DNA of 64,000 bases, taken from positions 32,001 to 96,000 of the forward strand of contig JBGSMV010000026.1 in NCBI GenBank assembly GCA_041739995.1, in the 5' to 3' direction. Within the stretch, counting starts at the first letter, position 1. Each line of letters starts with the position of its first letter. This document shows, piece by piece, positions 50,376 through 61,446 of the stretch. Below the pieces are notes generated by a model. It made no database searches. It was given only the letters and a program-made list of their open reading frames with translations, and was not told the DNA's origin. Both the position numbers and the translations under genes were made by a program. This stretch comes from Bdellovibrionota bacterium (lineage in GTDB: Bacteria; Bdellovibrionota_C; UBA2361; JBGSMV01).

Positions 50376-51572
50376 ATGGCTAAAGGAAAGTTTGATCGAA
50401 CGAAGCCTCACGTAAACGTTGGAACTATTGGCCACGTTGATCATGGGAAGACGACACTCACTGCAGCGCTCGTAAACACTCAGGCACGGCGTAATCTCGC
50501 GAAAGCGAAGAGCTACACCGACATCGCCAAGGGTGGAACGGTGCGTGACGCGTCCAAGACCGTAACTATTCATAGTGCGCACGTGGAGTACGAGACGGTG
50601 AATCGTCACTACGCCCACGTAGATTGTCCAGGCCATGCTGATTATGTGAAGAACATGATCACTGGGGCTGCACAGATGGACGGTGCGATACTTGTGGTAA
50701 GTGCGTCTGACGGTCCTATGCCTCAGACCCGCGAGCACATCTTGCTTGCGCGCCAAGTTGGTGTGCCAAAGATCGTTGTGTTCCTCAACAAGGTTGACAC
50801 CGTTGATGACCCAGAGTTGCTCGATCTCGTTGAGATGGAAATCCGCGAACTCCTTAGTTCGTATGACTTCCCGGGCGACGACACTCCGATCATTCGTGGT
50901 TCAGCATTGAAGGCGCTTCAAGGCGAAGAGACTGAAATTGGTACGCAGTCTCTCGACAAGCTCTTGGCCACTATCGATGACTACATCCCGATTCCACAGC
51001 GTGAAGTAGACAAGCCCTTCCTCATGCCAGTCGAAGACGTGTTCTCGATCGAAGGTCGTGGAACCGTGGCTACCGGCAGAATTGAGCGCGGTATTGTGAA
51101 GGTCGGCGAGGAAATCGAGATCATCGGATTGAAGGACACGGTTAAGACCATCGTCACCGGTGTTGAGATGTTCCAAAAGACTCTTGATGAAGGGCAGGCC
51201 GGCGACAACGTTGGTTGCTTGCTTCGTGGTTTGAAGAGAACCGATATCGAGCGCGGCCAAGTTTTGGCTAAGCCAGGTTCGATTAAGCCGCACAAGAAGT
51301 TTAAGGCTGAAGCTTATATCCTCAAGAAGGAAGAAGGTGGACGTCATAAGCCTTTCTTCACGGGATATCGTCCTCAGTTCTATTTCAGAACCACTGACGT
51401 AACTGGAACCTTGAACTTGCCAGCGGGTGTTGAGATGGCCATGCCAGGCGATCGTATTCACCTCGAGGTCGAGCTCTATCAGGTAATTGCTCTTGAGAAG
51501 CAGTCCCGTTTCGCCATTCGTGAGGGTGGAAAGACGGTAGGTTCTGGAGTCGTGACGGAAATTATTGAGTAG
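50376..51572 (+). CDS. tuf: Elongation factor Tu (non-canonical switch I)
   Basis: [40 protein letters not shown]. Confidence 0.99.
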   Translation: MAKGKFDRTKPHVNVGTIGHVDHGKTTLTAALVNTQARRNLAKAKSYTDIAKGGTVRDASKTVTIHSAHVEYETVNRHYAHVDCPGHADYVKNMITGAAQMDGAILVVSASDGPMPQTREHILLARQVGVPKIVVFLNKVDTVDDPELLDLVEMEIRELLSSYDFPGDDTPIIRGSALKALQGEETEIGTQSLDKLLATIDDYIPIPQREVDKPFLMPVEDVFSIEGRGTVATGRIERGIVKVGEEIEIIGLKDTVKTIVTGVEMFQKTLDEGQAGDNVGCLLRGLKRTDIERGQVLAKPGSIKPHKKFKAEAYILKKEEGGRHKPFFTGYRPQFYFRTTDVTGTLNLPAGVEMAMPGDRIHLEVELYQVIALEKQSRFAIREGGKTVGSGVVTEIIE

Positions 51573-51574
51573 TA

Positions 51575-51790
51575 GCCGTCGTTAGGTGAGTGTGCCCGTA
51601 AGGGACGCGCTGACTGGGTACTTCTTCTCTCTCGGTTCATTCGTGAATCGGAGAAGCGGGAATTGCCCAGAGAAGCGTAACAACGGTCGAAGCCTGTTCA
51701 TCAAAGGGTGATTACAAAAACCCTTTGAGTGGGCGCTCGACCTACCTTACAAGGGCTGGCCTTAATTTGAAGGCCAGCCCTTGTAAAGGT
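51575..51790 (+). ncRNA. Candidate structured RNA leader of the S10 operon
   Basis: Multibranch fold with GUAA and UUCG tetraloops plus two further long hairpins, including a 17-bp perfect IR at 51747-51786. Confidence 0.45.
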
Positions 51791-51820
51791 GTCTTAAGGT
51801 GAAGTTTGGAGATCTAGGCG

Positions 51821-52135
51821 ATGATTGGGGGTCAACTAATCCGCATTCGGTTGAAGGGGTATGATCACAAGCTCCTCGACTCAGCGGTAACAGAGATCGT
51901 CTCCACTGTGCGGCGTACAGGTGGAAGGGTGGCGGGGCCTATTCCGCTTCCTACTCGCATTGAACGCTACACGGTGAATCGCTCGCCGTTTTCAGACAAG
52001 AAGTCGCGTGAGCAGTTCGAGATACGAACGCACAAGCGCTTGTTGGATATTTTAGAGCCAACTCAGCAGACAATCGACGAGCTCGGGAAGTTAGAGTTGT
52101 CGACAGGAATCGATGTGGAGATCAAGCTACAGTAA
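51821..52135 (+). CDS. rpsJ: 30S ribosomal protein S10
   Basis: [35 protein letters not shown]. Confidence 0.98.
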   Translation: MIGGQLIRIRLKGYDHKLLDSAVTEIVSTVRRTGGRVAGPIPLPTRIERYTVNRSPFSDKKSREQFEIRTHKRLLDILEPTQQTIDELGKLELSTGIDVEIKLQ

Positions 52136-52214
52136 AGTTGAGTACCGTAGCTGACCACTTGAATCGGACGATTCTTGAACTCAATAGTTCGGGGTGATCG
52201 GGGAGATTGATCGC

Positions 52215-52934
52215 ATGAAGAATGAGAAAGTTTTCCAGCAGGGGCTCCTAGGTAAGAAACTAGGAATGACCCATATTTTTGCAGAGGATGGAACCTGCAT
52301 ACCAGTGACGATTATTCAGGCGGGGCCTTGCTACGTGCTTGATGTCAAAACCACTGAGCGCAATGGCTATTCCTCTGTCCAGTTTGGATTTGAGCCGAAG
52401 AAGGCTCAGCGTTGTAACAAGCCAGACCTTGGACACTTTGGAAAGGCCGGTAAAGGGGCTTTCTATCATGTGCGCGAGGTTCGCTGTGATGTTCAGCAAC
52501 TTGGATGGACCACTCCTGGCCAAGCGGTAACCGCAGGCGAGGTATTCCAAGCGGGTGAGCACGTCGACGTTTCCGGTGTTTCAATCGGGCGTGGATTTTC
52601 CGGCGTGGTGCGACGTTACCGAGTAGGTGGACAGCCATCGACACGTGGAACGCATGAGGTTCGTCGACATATAGGAGCTGTTGGTTGTCGAAAGTTCCCA
52701 GGGCGCATCATGAAGAATCAGCGCATGCCTGGACACATGGGTGCAGCGCCTCGAACCGTACAGAATTTGGAAGTTGTACAAGTCAATCCTGAGACAAACA
52801 TCGTGCTCGTTCGTGGTGGTGTCCCCGGAGCGCGCGGTGGCTTAGTTATGATTCGAAAGACGGTCAAAGGCGTCGTGCCGATGGTTGAATCCGCCGCTGG
52901 TGCGGGGAAGGGAGCGCAGGAGAGAGCGGCCTGA
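52215..52934 (+). CDS. rplC: 50S ribosomal protein L3
   Basis: GLLGKKLGMT, VDVSGVSIGRGF, MPGHMG, GGVPG. Confidence 0.97.
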   Translation: MKNEKVFQQGLLGKKLGMTHIFAEDGTCIPVTIIQAGPCYVLDVKTTERNGYSSVQFGFEPKKAQRCNKPDLGHFGKAGKGAFYHVREVRCDVQQLGWTTPGQAVTAGEVFQAGEHVDVSGVSIGRGFSGVVRRYRVGGQPSTRGTHEVRRHIGAVGCRKFPGRIMKNQRMPGHMGAAPRTVQNLEVVQVNPETNIVLVRGGVPGARGGLVMIRKTVKGVVPMVESAAGAGKGAQERAA

Positions 52935-53001
52935 TTTTGGCAGCCCGAGTGGGGACTGAGCTTACTTGAAGCTCGCAAGATAACGTAGAGGCTTAAGCAT
53001 T

Positions 53002-53871
53002 ATGGCGGTAGAGAAAAAAGAGTCCAAAGCGAAGGCGCCGAAGGCAGCAGTATCTTCTGCTGAGAAATCTTCTGCTGAGAAGATGTCGTACCCAGTGGTT
53101 GATTCTTCCGGAAAGTCAGTCGGTTCGTGCGACTTAGACGGCGCAGTATTTTCTGCACCAGTACATGAAGCGTTGGTGTTCGATTCGGTTATGTGGCAGC
53201 TGGCGAAGCGCCGACAGGGAACTCACTCCTGCCTAACGAAAGGTGAAATGAAGGGCGGTGGCAAGAAGCCATGGCGCCAAAAGGGTACGGGGCGCGCGCG
53301 CGCAGGTACTAACCGCTCTCCATTGTGGGTCGGTGGTGGTGTTGCTCACGGACCAAAGTCAAATCCATTCGGATATGAAAGCAGGCTTTCAAAGCGTAGT
53401 CGCAGACAGGGCCTTGTCGCCGCGTTGACCGACATGGCGAACAACAAAGCGTTGTTGATCGTCGACCGCATAGCGATTGAGAAGGCGAGCACCAAGTCGA
53501 TGTTAAAGCTCTTGAGCTCCTTCGGAGTGGCAGACAAGAAAGTTGCGTTGCTCGTTCCTGCTTCGAGTGTCCGTGTGACCATTCGTGGGGTTAAAGGGAC
53601 GACACCGGAAGTCATGGCAGCTCAGAATCTGCCTGGCGTCACCATCATGCCAACCACAGGCGTTAATGTATGGGAGCTTTTAAAATGTGATGTGTTGTTA
53701 GGCGAGCGCTCAACTTTCGAAGAGCTCCAGCAGCAGCTTCAAGGGCGTGTCGGCGAAGTTGTTAAGCGAAATCGTCGCGAGCGACCAGGGCGACAGTCTA
53801 ATAGTGAGAAAGCTAATAGTGTGAAAGCTGGAAGTGCAAGAGGCGCTTCTCAAGAGAGTGCAGCCAGCTAG
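53002..53871 (+). CDS. rplD: 50S ribosomal protein L4 (N- and C-terminally extended)
   Basis: RQGTH, GGGKKPWRQKGTGRARAG, GGGVAHGP. Confidence 0.97.
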   Translation: MAVEKKESKAKAPKAAVSSAEKSSAEKMSYPVVDSSGKSVGSCDLDGAVFSAPVHEALVFDSVMWQLAKRRQGTHSCLTKGEMKGGGKKPWRQKGTGRARAGTNRSPLWVGGGVAHGPKSNPFGYESRLSKRSRRQGLVAALTDMANNKALLIVDRIAIEKASTKSMLKLLSSFGVADKKVALLVPASSVRVTIRGVKGTTPEVMAAQNLPGVTIMPTTGVNVWELLKCDVLLGERSTFEELQQQLQGRVGEVVKRNRRERPGRQSNSEKANSVKAGSARGASQESAAS

Positions 53872-53963
53872 GCCTCGTAGGAAGTTACGTGGCAGATAGA
53901 GATTAAAAGGTTTCTTTAGTTGCAGTGATGCAAGGGAAGGGACGCAGGAGTGAGGATGCTGTT

Positions 53964-54365
53964 ATGGCAGTTAAGAAAAAGGCAGTAAGGGCAGTCAATA
54001 CCAGGAGCAAGCATGCAGTGCGTGGTTTGTTGCTGTTTGGTCCGGGAGCAAAGGCTACTCCGAAGAAGTCAGCATCAATCGCTCAGTATGGATTGCTGCG
54101 TCGCCCGCTGATCACTGAAAAGACCGCTGGGCTTAGCGCGGATCGTAATCGAGTGGTCTTCAAGGTTGCTACTGGAACCACCAAGACTGACATTCGTTTG
54201 GCAGTAGAGGCGGTCTACGGCGTTAAGGTCGCCGCAGTTCGCACGGTGAACATGATGGGAAAGATCAAGCGCGCCGGTAATTCGATGGGCCGCAGAGCAA
54301 GTTTCAAGAAGGCATACGTTACCCTCAAAAAGGGCGAAACAATTGATGTCGTGGAAGGGCTGTAA
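53964..54365 (+). CDS. rplW: 50S ribosomal protein L23 (N-terminally extended)
   Basis: RPLITEKT, FKVA..TKTDIR.AVE, KKAYVTL. Confidence 0.95.
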   Translation: MAVKKKAVRAVNTRSKHAVRGLLLFGPGAKATPKKSASIAQYGLLRRPLITEKTAGLSADRNRVVFKVATGTTKTDIRLAVEAVYGVKVAAVRTVNMMGKIKRAGNSMGRRASFKKAYVTLKKGETIDVVEGL

Positions 54366-54397
54366 AGCACACCCGAACCATTTAGACCAAGGCGAAT

Positions 54398-55234
54398 ATG
54401 GCACTTAAGACATTCACCCCAATCACCCCGTCTCGACGATTCATGACGCGGCACTCTTTTAGCGAGATTACTTCGTCCACGCCGGAGAAGTCGCTTCTTC
54501 GGAAGCAGTCGAGCAGCGGCGGTCGAAACAATCAGGGCAAAGAGACCAACGTCAACATTGGTGGCGCGCACAAACGCCGCTATCGCGTGATTGATTTCAA
54601 GCGCGATAAGACTGGAATTCCTGCAGTAGTGGCGACGATTGAGTACGACCCTAACCGCTCAGCTCGTATCGCGCTTCTTCATTATGTTGATGGTGAGAAG
54701 CGATACATCCTTGCACCACAAGGACTTGAGGTGGGGCAGAGAATTTCCAGTGGCGAAAACGCAGAGATCAAACCAGGAAATGCTCTTCCGCTGAAGAACA
54801 TACCTACCGGCGTGGCCATCCATAACATTGAAACGAAGCTCGGCGGAGGCGCTCAGCTGGTTCGTTCGGCAGGCACCTCGGCGCAGCTTGTGGCGAAAGA
54901 GGGCCGTTATGCCCTGCTCCGCATGCCGTCTGGCGAAATGCGCAAGGTCTTCATTGATTGCACCGCGACTATTGGAGCAGTCAGCAATCCTGATCACCAA
55001 AATGTGGTAATTGGGAAGGCTGGCAGGAACCGTTGGTTGGGAGTGCGACCGCACAACCGAGGAACGTCGAAGAATCCAGTCGATCATCCGCTCGGTGGTG
55101 GTGAAGGTAAGTCAAAGGGTGGTCGTCACCCGGTGTCGCCTACTGGTGTTCCTGCGAAGGGTTACCGTACTCGACATAACAAGCGTACTAACAAGTTTAT
55201 TGTTCGTCGTCGTAACGACAAGAAAGCTAGCTAG
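54398..55234 (+). CDS. rplB: 50S ribosomal protein L2
   Basis: [30 protein letters not shown]. Confidence 0.99.
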   Translation: MALKTFTPITPSRRFMTRHSFSEITSSTPEKSLLRKQSSSGGRNNQGKETNVNIGGAHKRRYRVIDFKRDKTGIPAVVATIEYDPNRSARIALLHYVDGEKRYILAPQGLEVGQRISSGENAEIKPGNALPLKNIPTGVAIHNIETKLGGGAQLVRSAGTSAQLVAKEGRYALLRMPSGEMRKVFIDCTATIGAVSNPDHQNVVIGKAGRNRWLGVRPHNRGTSKNPVDHPLGGGEGKSKGGRHPVSPTGVPAKGYRTRHNKRTNKFIVRRRNDKKAS

Positions 55235-55270
55235 TAATTAGTAAGAGATTTTTGGGGAGATAAGAAGGCT

Positions 55271-55549
55271 ATGCCACGCTCAATTAAAAAAGGGCCTTTC
55301 GTCGATGACCATTTGCAGAAATGGGTCGAGCGCGCCAAGTCTGGTGGACACAAAGGGCCGATCAAAACCTGGTCACGTCGGTCTACTGTTACGCCCGACA
55401 TGATTGGTCTTACCTTTGCGGTGCACAACGGCAGAAAATTCAATGCGGTGTTCATCACAGAGAATATGGTTGGACATAAGTTTGGCGAGTTCTCTGCGAC
55501 GCGCACATTCTTTCAGCATTCGGGTAGTAAGAAAGAGGCTAAGTTATAG
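55271..55549 (+). CDS. rpsS: 30S ribosomal protein S19
   Basis: [27 protein letters not shown]. Confidence 0.99.
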   Translation: MPRSIKKGPFVDDHLQKWVERAKSGGHKGPIKTWSRRSTVTPDMIGLTFAVHNGRKFNAVFITENMVGHKFGEFSATRTFFQHSGSKKEAKL

Positions 55550-55585
55550 CGCGCTGTTTTCCACAGTGAGCGGAGTGATTGAGAT

Positions 55586-55972
55586 ATGGCAAAGAAAAGT
55601 ACCGCGGAAAAATTCAAGTCGAATGTTGGTAGTGAAGCGCTCGCGAGTGCGACGTTGCGCCATGTTCGAATTTCTCCACAGAAGGTGCGTCTGATCCTTG
55701 GATTGATCGAGGGCAAGGAAGTCGATCGTGCTCTCGATATCTTGCAATTTGCGCCTAAGAAGGGGGCTCAAATCGTCTCTAAGCTCCTTAAGTCAGCCAT
55801 TAGCAATGCTCGAGAGAAGGGGTCAGTGGACCTTGATGAACTACTGGTATCGGGCTGTTGGGCAGACCCAGGGCGCACCATGAAGCGTTTTATGCCTCGG
55901 GCGCGTGGTATGGCGACACCAATTCTGAAGCGTTCTTCGCATATTACCCTGGTTTTGGGGGCGCGACGCTAG
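55586..55972 (+). CDS. rplV: 50S ribosomal protein L22
   Basis: VRISPQKVR, SAISNA, PRARG, KRSSHIT. Confidence 0.97.
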   Translation: MAKKSTAEKFKSNVGSEALASATLRHVRISPQKVRLILGLIEGKEVDRALDILQFAPKKGAQIVSKLLKSAISNAREKGSVDLDELLVSGCWADPGRTMKRFMPRARGMATPILKRSSHITLVLGARR

Positions 55973-56150
55973 GAGAGGGGTTCAGGCGTTGCCATTTCAG
56001 CTTTGGAAGGGCCGTTTGAATATAGAGTGAAATTTTTGATTTCGATTAGGTAGTTAGGTACTCTGACAGGCCGCTTTTGTCGGGCCCCTTTTTGAGGGAC
56101 CTTTCGTCTAAGTGGTTTTGCTGGGGTCATTTAGGAGTCTGTAGGCTGGT

Positions 56151-56813
56151 ATGGGGCAGAAAGTTCATCCAAAAGGATTTCGATTAGGGGGGCTTGAGAC
56201 CTGGATCTCACGATGGTTCGTACCTCGTGATCATCATCGCTATATTGGCGAGGATATTCAGATTCGAAAGTTCGTGAAGAAGCGATTGCATCAGGCCGGT
56301 ATCTCTCGAGTGGAGATCGAGCGTGCGGCAGCAAGAGCCAAGATCAACATCTTCTCGGCCAAGCCAGGATTGGTAATTGGAAAGAAGGGTAAGGACATCG
56401 AAGATCTACGCAAAGAGTTACGCAACCTTGTGAAGCGCGATGTGAGCATCAATATCATTGAAGCTCGCAAAGCCGACATGGATGCTCAACTTGTTGCCGA
56501 GAACATTGCATTTCAGCTTGAGCGCCGTATCGCTTTTAGACGTGCGATGAAAGAGGCAGTGACCCGAGCCCAGAGAATGGGCGCTGAAGGGGTGAAGGTC
56601 GTAGTTGCAGGCCGTCTCAACGGAGCCGAAATTGCAAGAACTGAAAAATATCGTGAGGGCAGAGTACCTCTTCACACCTTGAGAGCTGAAATCGACTACG
56701 GCGTTGCGGAAGCGCATACCACGTATGGCGTAATTGGCATTAAAGTGTGGATTTTCAAAGGTGAGAAGTACGCTGAGGGGGAAATCCCAACGTACGAGTC
56801 AATTCAGCTCTGA
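56151..56813 (+). CDS. rpsC: 30S ribosomal protein S3
   Basis: [32 protein letters not shown]. Confidence 0.99.
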   Translation: MGQKVHPKGFRLGGLETWISRWFVPRDHHRYIGEDIQIRKFVKKRLHQAGISRVEIERAAARAKINIFSAKPGLVIGKKGKDIEDLRKELRNLVKRDVSINIIEARKADMDAQLVAENIAFQLERRIAFRRAMKEAVTRAQRMGAEGVKVVVAGRLNGAEIARTEKYREGRVPLHTLRAEIDYGVAEAHTTYGVIGIKVWIFKGEKYAEGEIPTYESIQL

Positions 56814-56859
56814 GGTCTTAAGGAAGCGGTCTTAGAGACGAGAACGATTTAGGGGACTT

Positions 56860-57285
56860 ATGTTACAGCCAAAGAGAACAAAGCATCGCAAGCAAATGAA
56901 GCAGGTGCGCCACCTTCACGGTCGAGAGACGCGTGGATGTGAGCTTGCTTTTGGAGATTTCGGACTTCGCGCCGTTGAAAGTGGTTGGATTACTAATCGG
57001 CAGATCGAAGCGAGTCGAGTCGCTATTTCGCGCTTTGTAAAAAGAGGCGGAAAAGTTTGGATTAAGATTTTCCCTGACAAGCCGCTTACCAAGAAGCCAG
57101 CTGAAACTCGAATGGGTTCCGGAAAGGGTTCGCCTGAGTTGTGGGTTGCTGAAGTTCGCGCCGGACGAGTCATGTTCGAAATGACCGGAGTGTCGGTTAA
57201 AATTGCTCAAGAAGCATTCAAGCGTGCTGCAGCTAAATTGCCGATTGGCTCCAAGTTCGTGATGAGAAGTGAGAATTTGATATGA
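56860..57285 (+). CDS. rplP: 50S ribosomal protein L16
   Basis: [23 protein letters not shown]. Confidence 0.99.
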   Translation: MLQPKRTKHRKQMKQVRHLHGRETRGCELAFGDFGLRAVESGWITNRQIEASRVAISRFVKRGGKVWIKIFPDKPLTKKPAETRMGSGKGSPELWVAEVRAGRVMFEMTGVSVKIAQEAFKRAAAKLPIGSKFVMRSENLI

Positions 57286-57500
57286 AACGGAAAGAAGTCG
57301 TTGCTGAGTTTAAGGGCATGACCCTTGAGGATCTCAAGAGTCGTGCGCGTTCGTTGGCTGAAGAGATGATGAAGCTTCGTTTTCGTAAGGCCTCTGGCCA
57401 GCTCGAGCAGAGCCATCATGTAAAAGCGGCCAGGCGAAATCTGGCACGAGTAAAGACAATGATTCAGAGCAAGTCCTCGGAATCAGCTAAGGCGGTTTAA
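57282..57500 (+). CDS. rpmC: 50S ribosomal protein L29
   Basis: [20 protein letters not shown]; canonical position. Confidence 0.95.
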   Translation: MKRKEVVAEFKGMTLEDLKSRARSLAEEMMKLRFRKASGQLEQSHHVKAARRNLARVKTMIQSKSSESAKAV

Positions 57501-57617
57501 GTTCTGCGATTGGGGTATAGAGTTAACGGGCGTCTTGATGGGCGCAGTTTTTGGCTTCGGTAAAGCGAATCTAAAAATCTGGAAATAATAGCCCCTAAGC
57601 AAGTAGTGAGAGTTTTT

Positions 57618-57944
57618 ATGAATACGAGTCTAAACGGAAGTGCAAAGTCACCTAAAGCATCGGGCACCAGCAGCGCTGAAGGGGAAGCCTCTGAGCGTGG
57701 ACGTCGAAAAGTCCAAGTTGGCTTGGTGGTGAGCACCAGCATGAATAAGACCATTGTTGTTGAGGCCGTGAGACAGGTCATTCATAGAAAATACGGCAAG
57801 TTTGTGCGACGGACGAGTAAGTACTACGCACACGATGAGTCAAATCAGTGCGGAGTCGGGGATGAGGTGAAAATTTCAGAAACCCGACCGATGAGTCGTT
57901 CAAAGCGCTGGAAGCTTGTTGAGATTGTAAAGCGGGCGGAATAG
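57618..57944 (+). CDS. rpsQ: 30S ribosomal protein S17 (N-terminally extended)
   Basis: GLVVS.SMNKTIVV, YAHDE, ETRPMSRSKRW. Confidence 0.96.
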   Translation: MNTSLNGSAKSPKASGTSSAEGEASERGRRKVQVGLVVSTSMNKTIVVEAVRQVIHRKYGKFVRRTSKYYAHDESNQCGVGDEVKISETRPMSRSKRWKLVEIVKRAE

Positions 57945-58028
57945 TCCCGTTCGAGCGTCGCCTATGTTGCATGAATTTGTGCGACATTAAGGGGGGCGTG
58001 TTGCGGAAGATTTGAAAGGATAGAGATC

Positions 58029-58397
58029 ATGATTCAGCTCAAGTCATTGCTGGAAGTAGCGGACAACTCGGGCGCAAAGCGAGTCGTGTGCATTAAGGTG
58101 TTTGGAGGATCGCGTCGTCGCTATGCGACTGTCGGAGACAAGATCAAGGTCGCCGTCAAAGAAGCTATCCCCAACAGCAAGATTGCGAAGGGCTCTGTAC
58201 ACACTGCGGTGATAGTGCGTACGGCCAAGGAACTGAGACGCGATGACGGCTCATTCATTCGCTTTGATGAGAATAGTGCGGTCTTGATCGATGCGAACGG
58301 AGAGCCAGTGGGCACTCGTATATTTGGCCCAGTGGCGAGAGAGCTTCGAGCAAAACGATTTATGAAAATTGTGTCTTTGGCACCAGAAGTCCTTTAA
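58029..58397 (+). CDS. rplN: 50S ribosomal protein L14
   Basis: [28 protein letters not shown]. Confidence 0.99.
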   Translation: MIQLKSLLEVADNSGAKRVVCIKVFGGSRRRYATVGDKIKVAVKEAIPNSKIAKGSVHTAVIVRTAKELRRDDGSFIRFDENSAVLIDANGEPVGTRIFGPVARELRAKRFMKIVSLAPEVL

Positions 58398-58446
58398 GGG
58401 CAAATTGGTGTCGCGGCGACGCGGTGAGATAACGGTGCGGTGAGAT

Positions 58447-58848
58447 ATGGCAGCGAATAGAGCAGGAAAAGGGAATTCGAAGAAAGCGAAAGCTACTTTG
58501 TTTGGTGAGACAAAGTTGCGCCGTGGGGACACCGTTATGGTGATCTCAGGGGGCAATAAGAAGGTCAGGCCTATTAAAGGTCAGACCGGCAAAATCACGC
58601 GTTTGATTGATGATGGGCAGCGCGCCATTGTCGAAGGACTTAATCGAATGACTCGGCACCAGAAGGCTAAGGGTCCCGATAAGCCAGCGGGCAAAGTCTC
58701 GATTGAGGCTCCGATTAATATCGCTCGCCTGATGTACTATGCCGAGAAGATTAAGCGTCCGGTGCGGCTGTCGGTCAGTTTTTTGACCGATGGGACAAAG
58801 GTACGTGGATACAAGGATCCAAAGTCTAAAGAGTTTGTTCAGATATAG
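58447..58848 (+). CDS. rplX: 50S ribosomal protein L24
   Basis: GDTVMVISG..KGQTGK, VEGLN, EAPI; canonical position. Confidence 0.93.
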   Translation: MAANRAGKGNSKKAKATLFGETKLRRGDTVMVISGGNKKVRPIKGQTGKITRLIDDGQRAIVEGLNRMTRHQKAKGPDKPAGKVSIEAPINIARLMYYAEKIKRPVRLSVSFLTDGTKVRGYKDPKSKEFVQI

Positions 58849-58934
58849 ACTGAAGTAGAGTCGAGGGTCCTTGAAGGCTTGCACGTTCTAGGGCTAGCAA
58901 AATTTTCAAGCAGTTTTTTAAAAGTGGTAGTCGC

Positions 58935-59498
58935 ATGAGCAGGGTACAAAAATTATACGAAGAAGAAGTGGCACCAGCTCTCCGAGCAGAGTTTAAGTAC
59001 ACGACTCCGATGAGAGTGCCAAAGCTTCTTAAAATAGTGATCAACACTGGAGTCGGTGAGGTGACCACCAATCCGAAAGCTATTGAGCACGTTGTTTATG
59101 CAATGACCCAGATAAGTGGGCAGAAGCCCATGGTGTCTCGTTCTACCAAGGCGATTGCAGGCTTCAAGCTTCGTGCCGGATTGCCGGTCGGCTGTATGGT
59201 GACCCTTCGCAAGCAGCGCATGTATGAGTTTTTCGATCGACTGGTAAATGTTGCGCTCCCTCGAGTACGCGATTTTCGCGGAGTCCCGGCGCGCGGATTC
59301 GACGGTAATGGCAACTATACGATGGGGCTTAAGGAATCGATCGTGTTTCCTGAAGTGGTGATGGACAAAATGGACAAGGTTCGCGGAATGGACATTACCT
59401 TTGTCACTACTGCCAAGACTGATGAGGAAGGCCGAGCGCTACTTCAGAAGTTGGGAATGCCGTTTCGCCAGCCGGGTGAGCAGCAGAGGGCGGCGTAA
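58935..59498 (+). CDS. rplE: 50S ribosomal protein L5
   Basis: [33 protein letters not shown]. Confidence 0.99.
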   Translation: MSRVQKLYEEEVAPALRAEFKYTTPMRVPKLLKIVINTGVGEVTTNPKAIEHVVYAMTQISGQKPMVSRSTKAIAGFKLRAGLPVGCMVTLRKQRMYEFFDRLVNVALPRVRDFRGVPARGFDGNGNYTMGLKESIVFPEVVMDKMDKVRGMDITFVTTAKTDEEGRALLQKLGMPFRQPGEQQRAA

Positions 59499-59561
59499 TT
59501 CGGGAACTGTATATTTAACTGATTGATAGATCTCAGAAGAGTTTAGAGGGGAGCAAGAGCG

Positions 59562-59747
59562 GTGGCGAAAAAGTGTTTACGACTAAAGGCTGAGGCAAAA
59601 CCGAAGTTCGCGGTAAGAGCGTATACCCGTTGTCAGGTATGTGGTAGGCCGCGTTCGGTGTATCGCAAGTTCAAGCTTTGCCGCATCTGTCTCCGACAAT
59701 TTGCGCATCGAGGGATGATACCAGGAATGATTAAGGCTAGCTGGTAG
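59562..59747 (+). CDS. rpsN: 30S ribosomal protein S14, short zinc-binding type
   Basis: 61 aa, RCQVCGRPR...LCRIC, KASW. Confidence 0.97.
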   Translation: MAKKCLRLKAEAKPKFAVRAYTRCQVCGRPRSVYRKFKLCRICLRQFAHRGMIPGMIKASW

Positions 59748-59884
59748 GCAGTTCGGTTGAGTTCGCGAAAGTGAGATTCAATCGTTAGGGAAGATTTTGA
59801 TTCGTAGTAAAAATGAGTGGCGTCTAGGTCTCTTTCGACTCGGCGCCACAAAACGAGAAGTCTTAGGGTAATGAAGGTGTTGAG

Positions 59885-60286
59885 ATGGTAACTGATACGA
59901 TTGCTGACTGCCTCACAAGGATTCGCAATGCACAGCGCGCTGGTCACAAGGCCACGAAGATACCGTGCGCAAAGCAGGTGTACGCGTTGCTTGAGGTGCT
60001 GACGCGCGAGGGTTTTATCGAAGGCTTTGAGCGCAGGGCGGGAGAGAAGCCAAAGGATGCGGTTTTTGAGATTTTTCTCAAGTACTTTGGTCCAGGCGAA
60101 CCGCTCATCACGATGCTTAACAGGGTCAGCAAGCCTGGTCGTCGAGTGTATTGCGGATACAATGATCTTTCCAAAGTAAAAGCCGGACTTGGAATTAGCG
60201 TACTTTCAACCTCCGAAGGGCTTATGTCGGATCGTGAAGCGCGCCGACGAAAGCTCGGTGGAGAAGTATTAGCGCAGGTCGCATAA
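59885..60286 (+). CDS. rpsH: 30S ribosomal protein S8
   Basis: DCLTRIRNA, SKPGRRVY, GLGISVLSTSEG. Confidence 0.98.
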   Translation: MVTDTIADCLTRIRNAQRAGHKATKIPCAKQVYALLEVLTREGFIEGFERRAGEKPKDAVFEIFLKYFGPGEPLITMLNRVSKPGRRVYCGYNDLSKVKAGLGISVLSTSEGLMSDREARRRKLGGEVLAQVA

Positions 60287-60339
60287 CTACGAAGCGGTGA
60301 AAGCGTTGATATAGACGCAACAGAATTAAGGATTGAGAT

Positions 60340-60876
60340 ATGTCCAGAATTGGCAAAGCAGCAATAACGCTCCCGCAGGGAGTTAAAGTGGCAATCTCTG
60401 GTGCTCGAGTAAATGTCGAGGGACCAAGGGGAAAGTTGCACTATGACGCGAGCCGCGATCTTAAGGTCGTGCTGAACGGTTCGGTAGTGAGTGTTGAGCT
60501 GGTGAAAGACACTCCCGAGAGTCGCGCAGTGTGGGGATCTACGCGCGCGCACTTGAACAACATGGTGTTGGGCGTCAGCACTGGTTGGAAGCGAACACTC
60601 GAGCTCAACGGGGTTGGTTACGTAGCGAAGGTTCAAGGACCAAAGCTCGTACTTGCCGTAGGTTTCTCACATGATGTCGAGATGGTGATTCCTACCAGCA
60701 TTAAGTGTGTGGTGACCAAGAATCAACTAGATATGGAGTCTGTGGATCGAGAAGAGCTTGGCACCTTCGCAGCAAAGATTCGCAAAGTGCAGCCACCTGA
60801 GCCGTATCTCGGAAAGGGCATTAAATATTCTGATGAAGTAATCCGTCGTAAGGCAGGTAAAACAGGTAAGAAGTAA
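60340..60876 (+). CDS. rplF: 50S ribosomal protein L6
   Basis: MSRIGK, GVGY, PEPYLGKGIKY, RKAGKTGKK. Confidence 0.98.
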   Translation: MSRIGKAAITLPQGVKVAISGARVNVEGPRGKLHYDASRDLKVVLNGSVVSVELVKDTPESRAVWGSTRAHLNNMVLGVSTGWKRTLELNGVGYVAKVQGPKLVLAVGFSHDVEMVIPTSIKCVVTKNQLDMESVDREELGTFAAKIRKVQPPEPYLGKGIKYSDEVIRRKAGKTGKK

Positions 60877-60950
60877 TTTGTTAATATCTCAGTATTAATA
60901 TCGCAGGCCCATTTTGGGATTGCGGTACAGTGACGCTATCAGGTGAGACT

Positions 60951-61409
60951 ATGGCCATTAAGTCAAAAAAATTGCGACTCAGTTCGCGAGAGAAGAACAA
61001 GTTCAGAATTCGCAAGAAGGCGGTAGGAACGGCTGAGCGACCACGCTTAAGCGTGTTTCGCAGTGGAAAACACACCTATGCTCAGCTGATTTCTGATGAG
61101 TCTGGCGTGACCCTTGCGGCCACTTCTACCCGTGACAGCGAAGTTGCGGCAGCGATTCCACAGGCGATTGCGGCGTTTGAGAAGAATGCTGCGAAGGAAG
61201 CAAACGGCGAGTCAGCCGACACATTGAATGTGAATGCGACTCGAACTTCGAAGAGTGTGGCTGCTGCGCTTGCAGTGGGCGTAGTGCTCGGAAAGTTGGC
61301 AGTAGACAAGAAGATCACCCAGGTAGTGTTTGATCGTAATGGATTCGTCTATCACGGTCGTATTCGCGCCGTTGCTGAGGGTGCGCGTTCGGCAGGGTTG
61401 AAGTTATAA
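60951..61409 (+). CDS. rplR: 50S ribosomal protein L18 (with internal insertion)
   Basis: GTAERPRLSVFRS, VFDRNGFVYHGRI. Confidence 0.97.
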   Translation: MAIKSKKLRLSSREKNKFRIRKKAVGTAERPRLSVFRSGKHTYAQLISDESGVTLAATSTRDSEVAAAIPQAIAAFEKNAAKEANGESADTLNVNATRTSKSVAAALAVGVVLGKLAVDKKITQVVFDRNGFVYHGRIRAVAEGARSAGLKL

Positions 61410-61446
61410 GAGTTTAAGAGTTCAGTTTAAAAGTCAGTGGGGTTCC

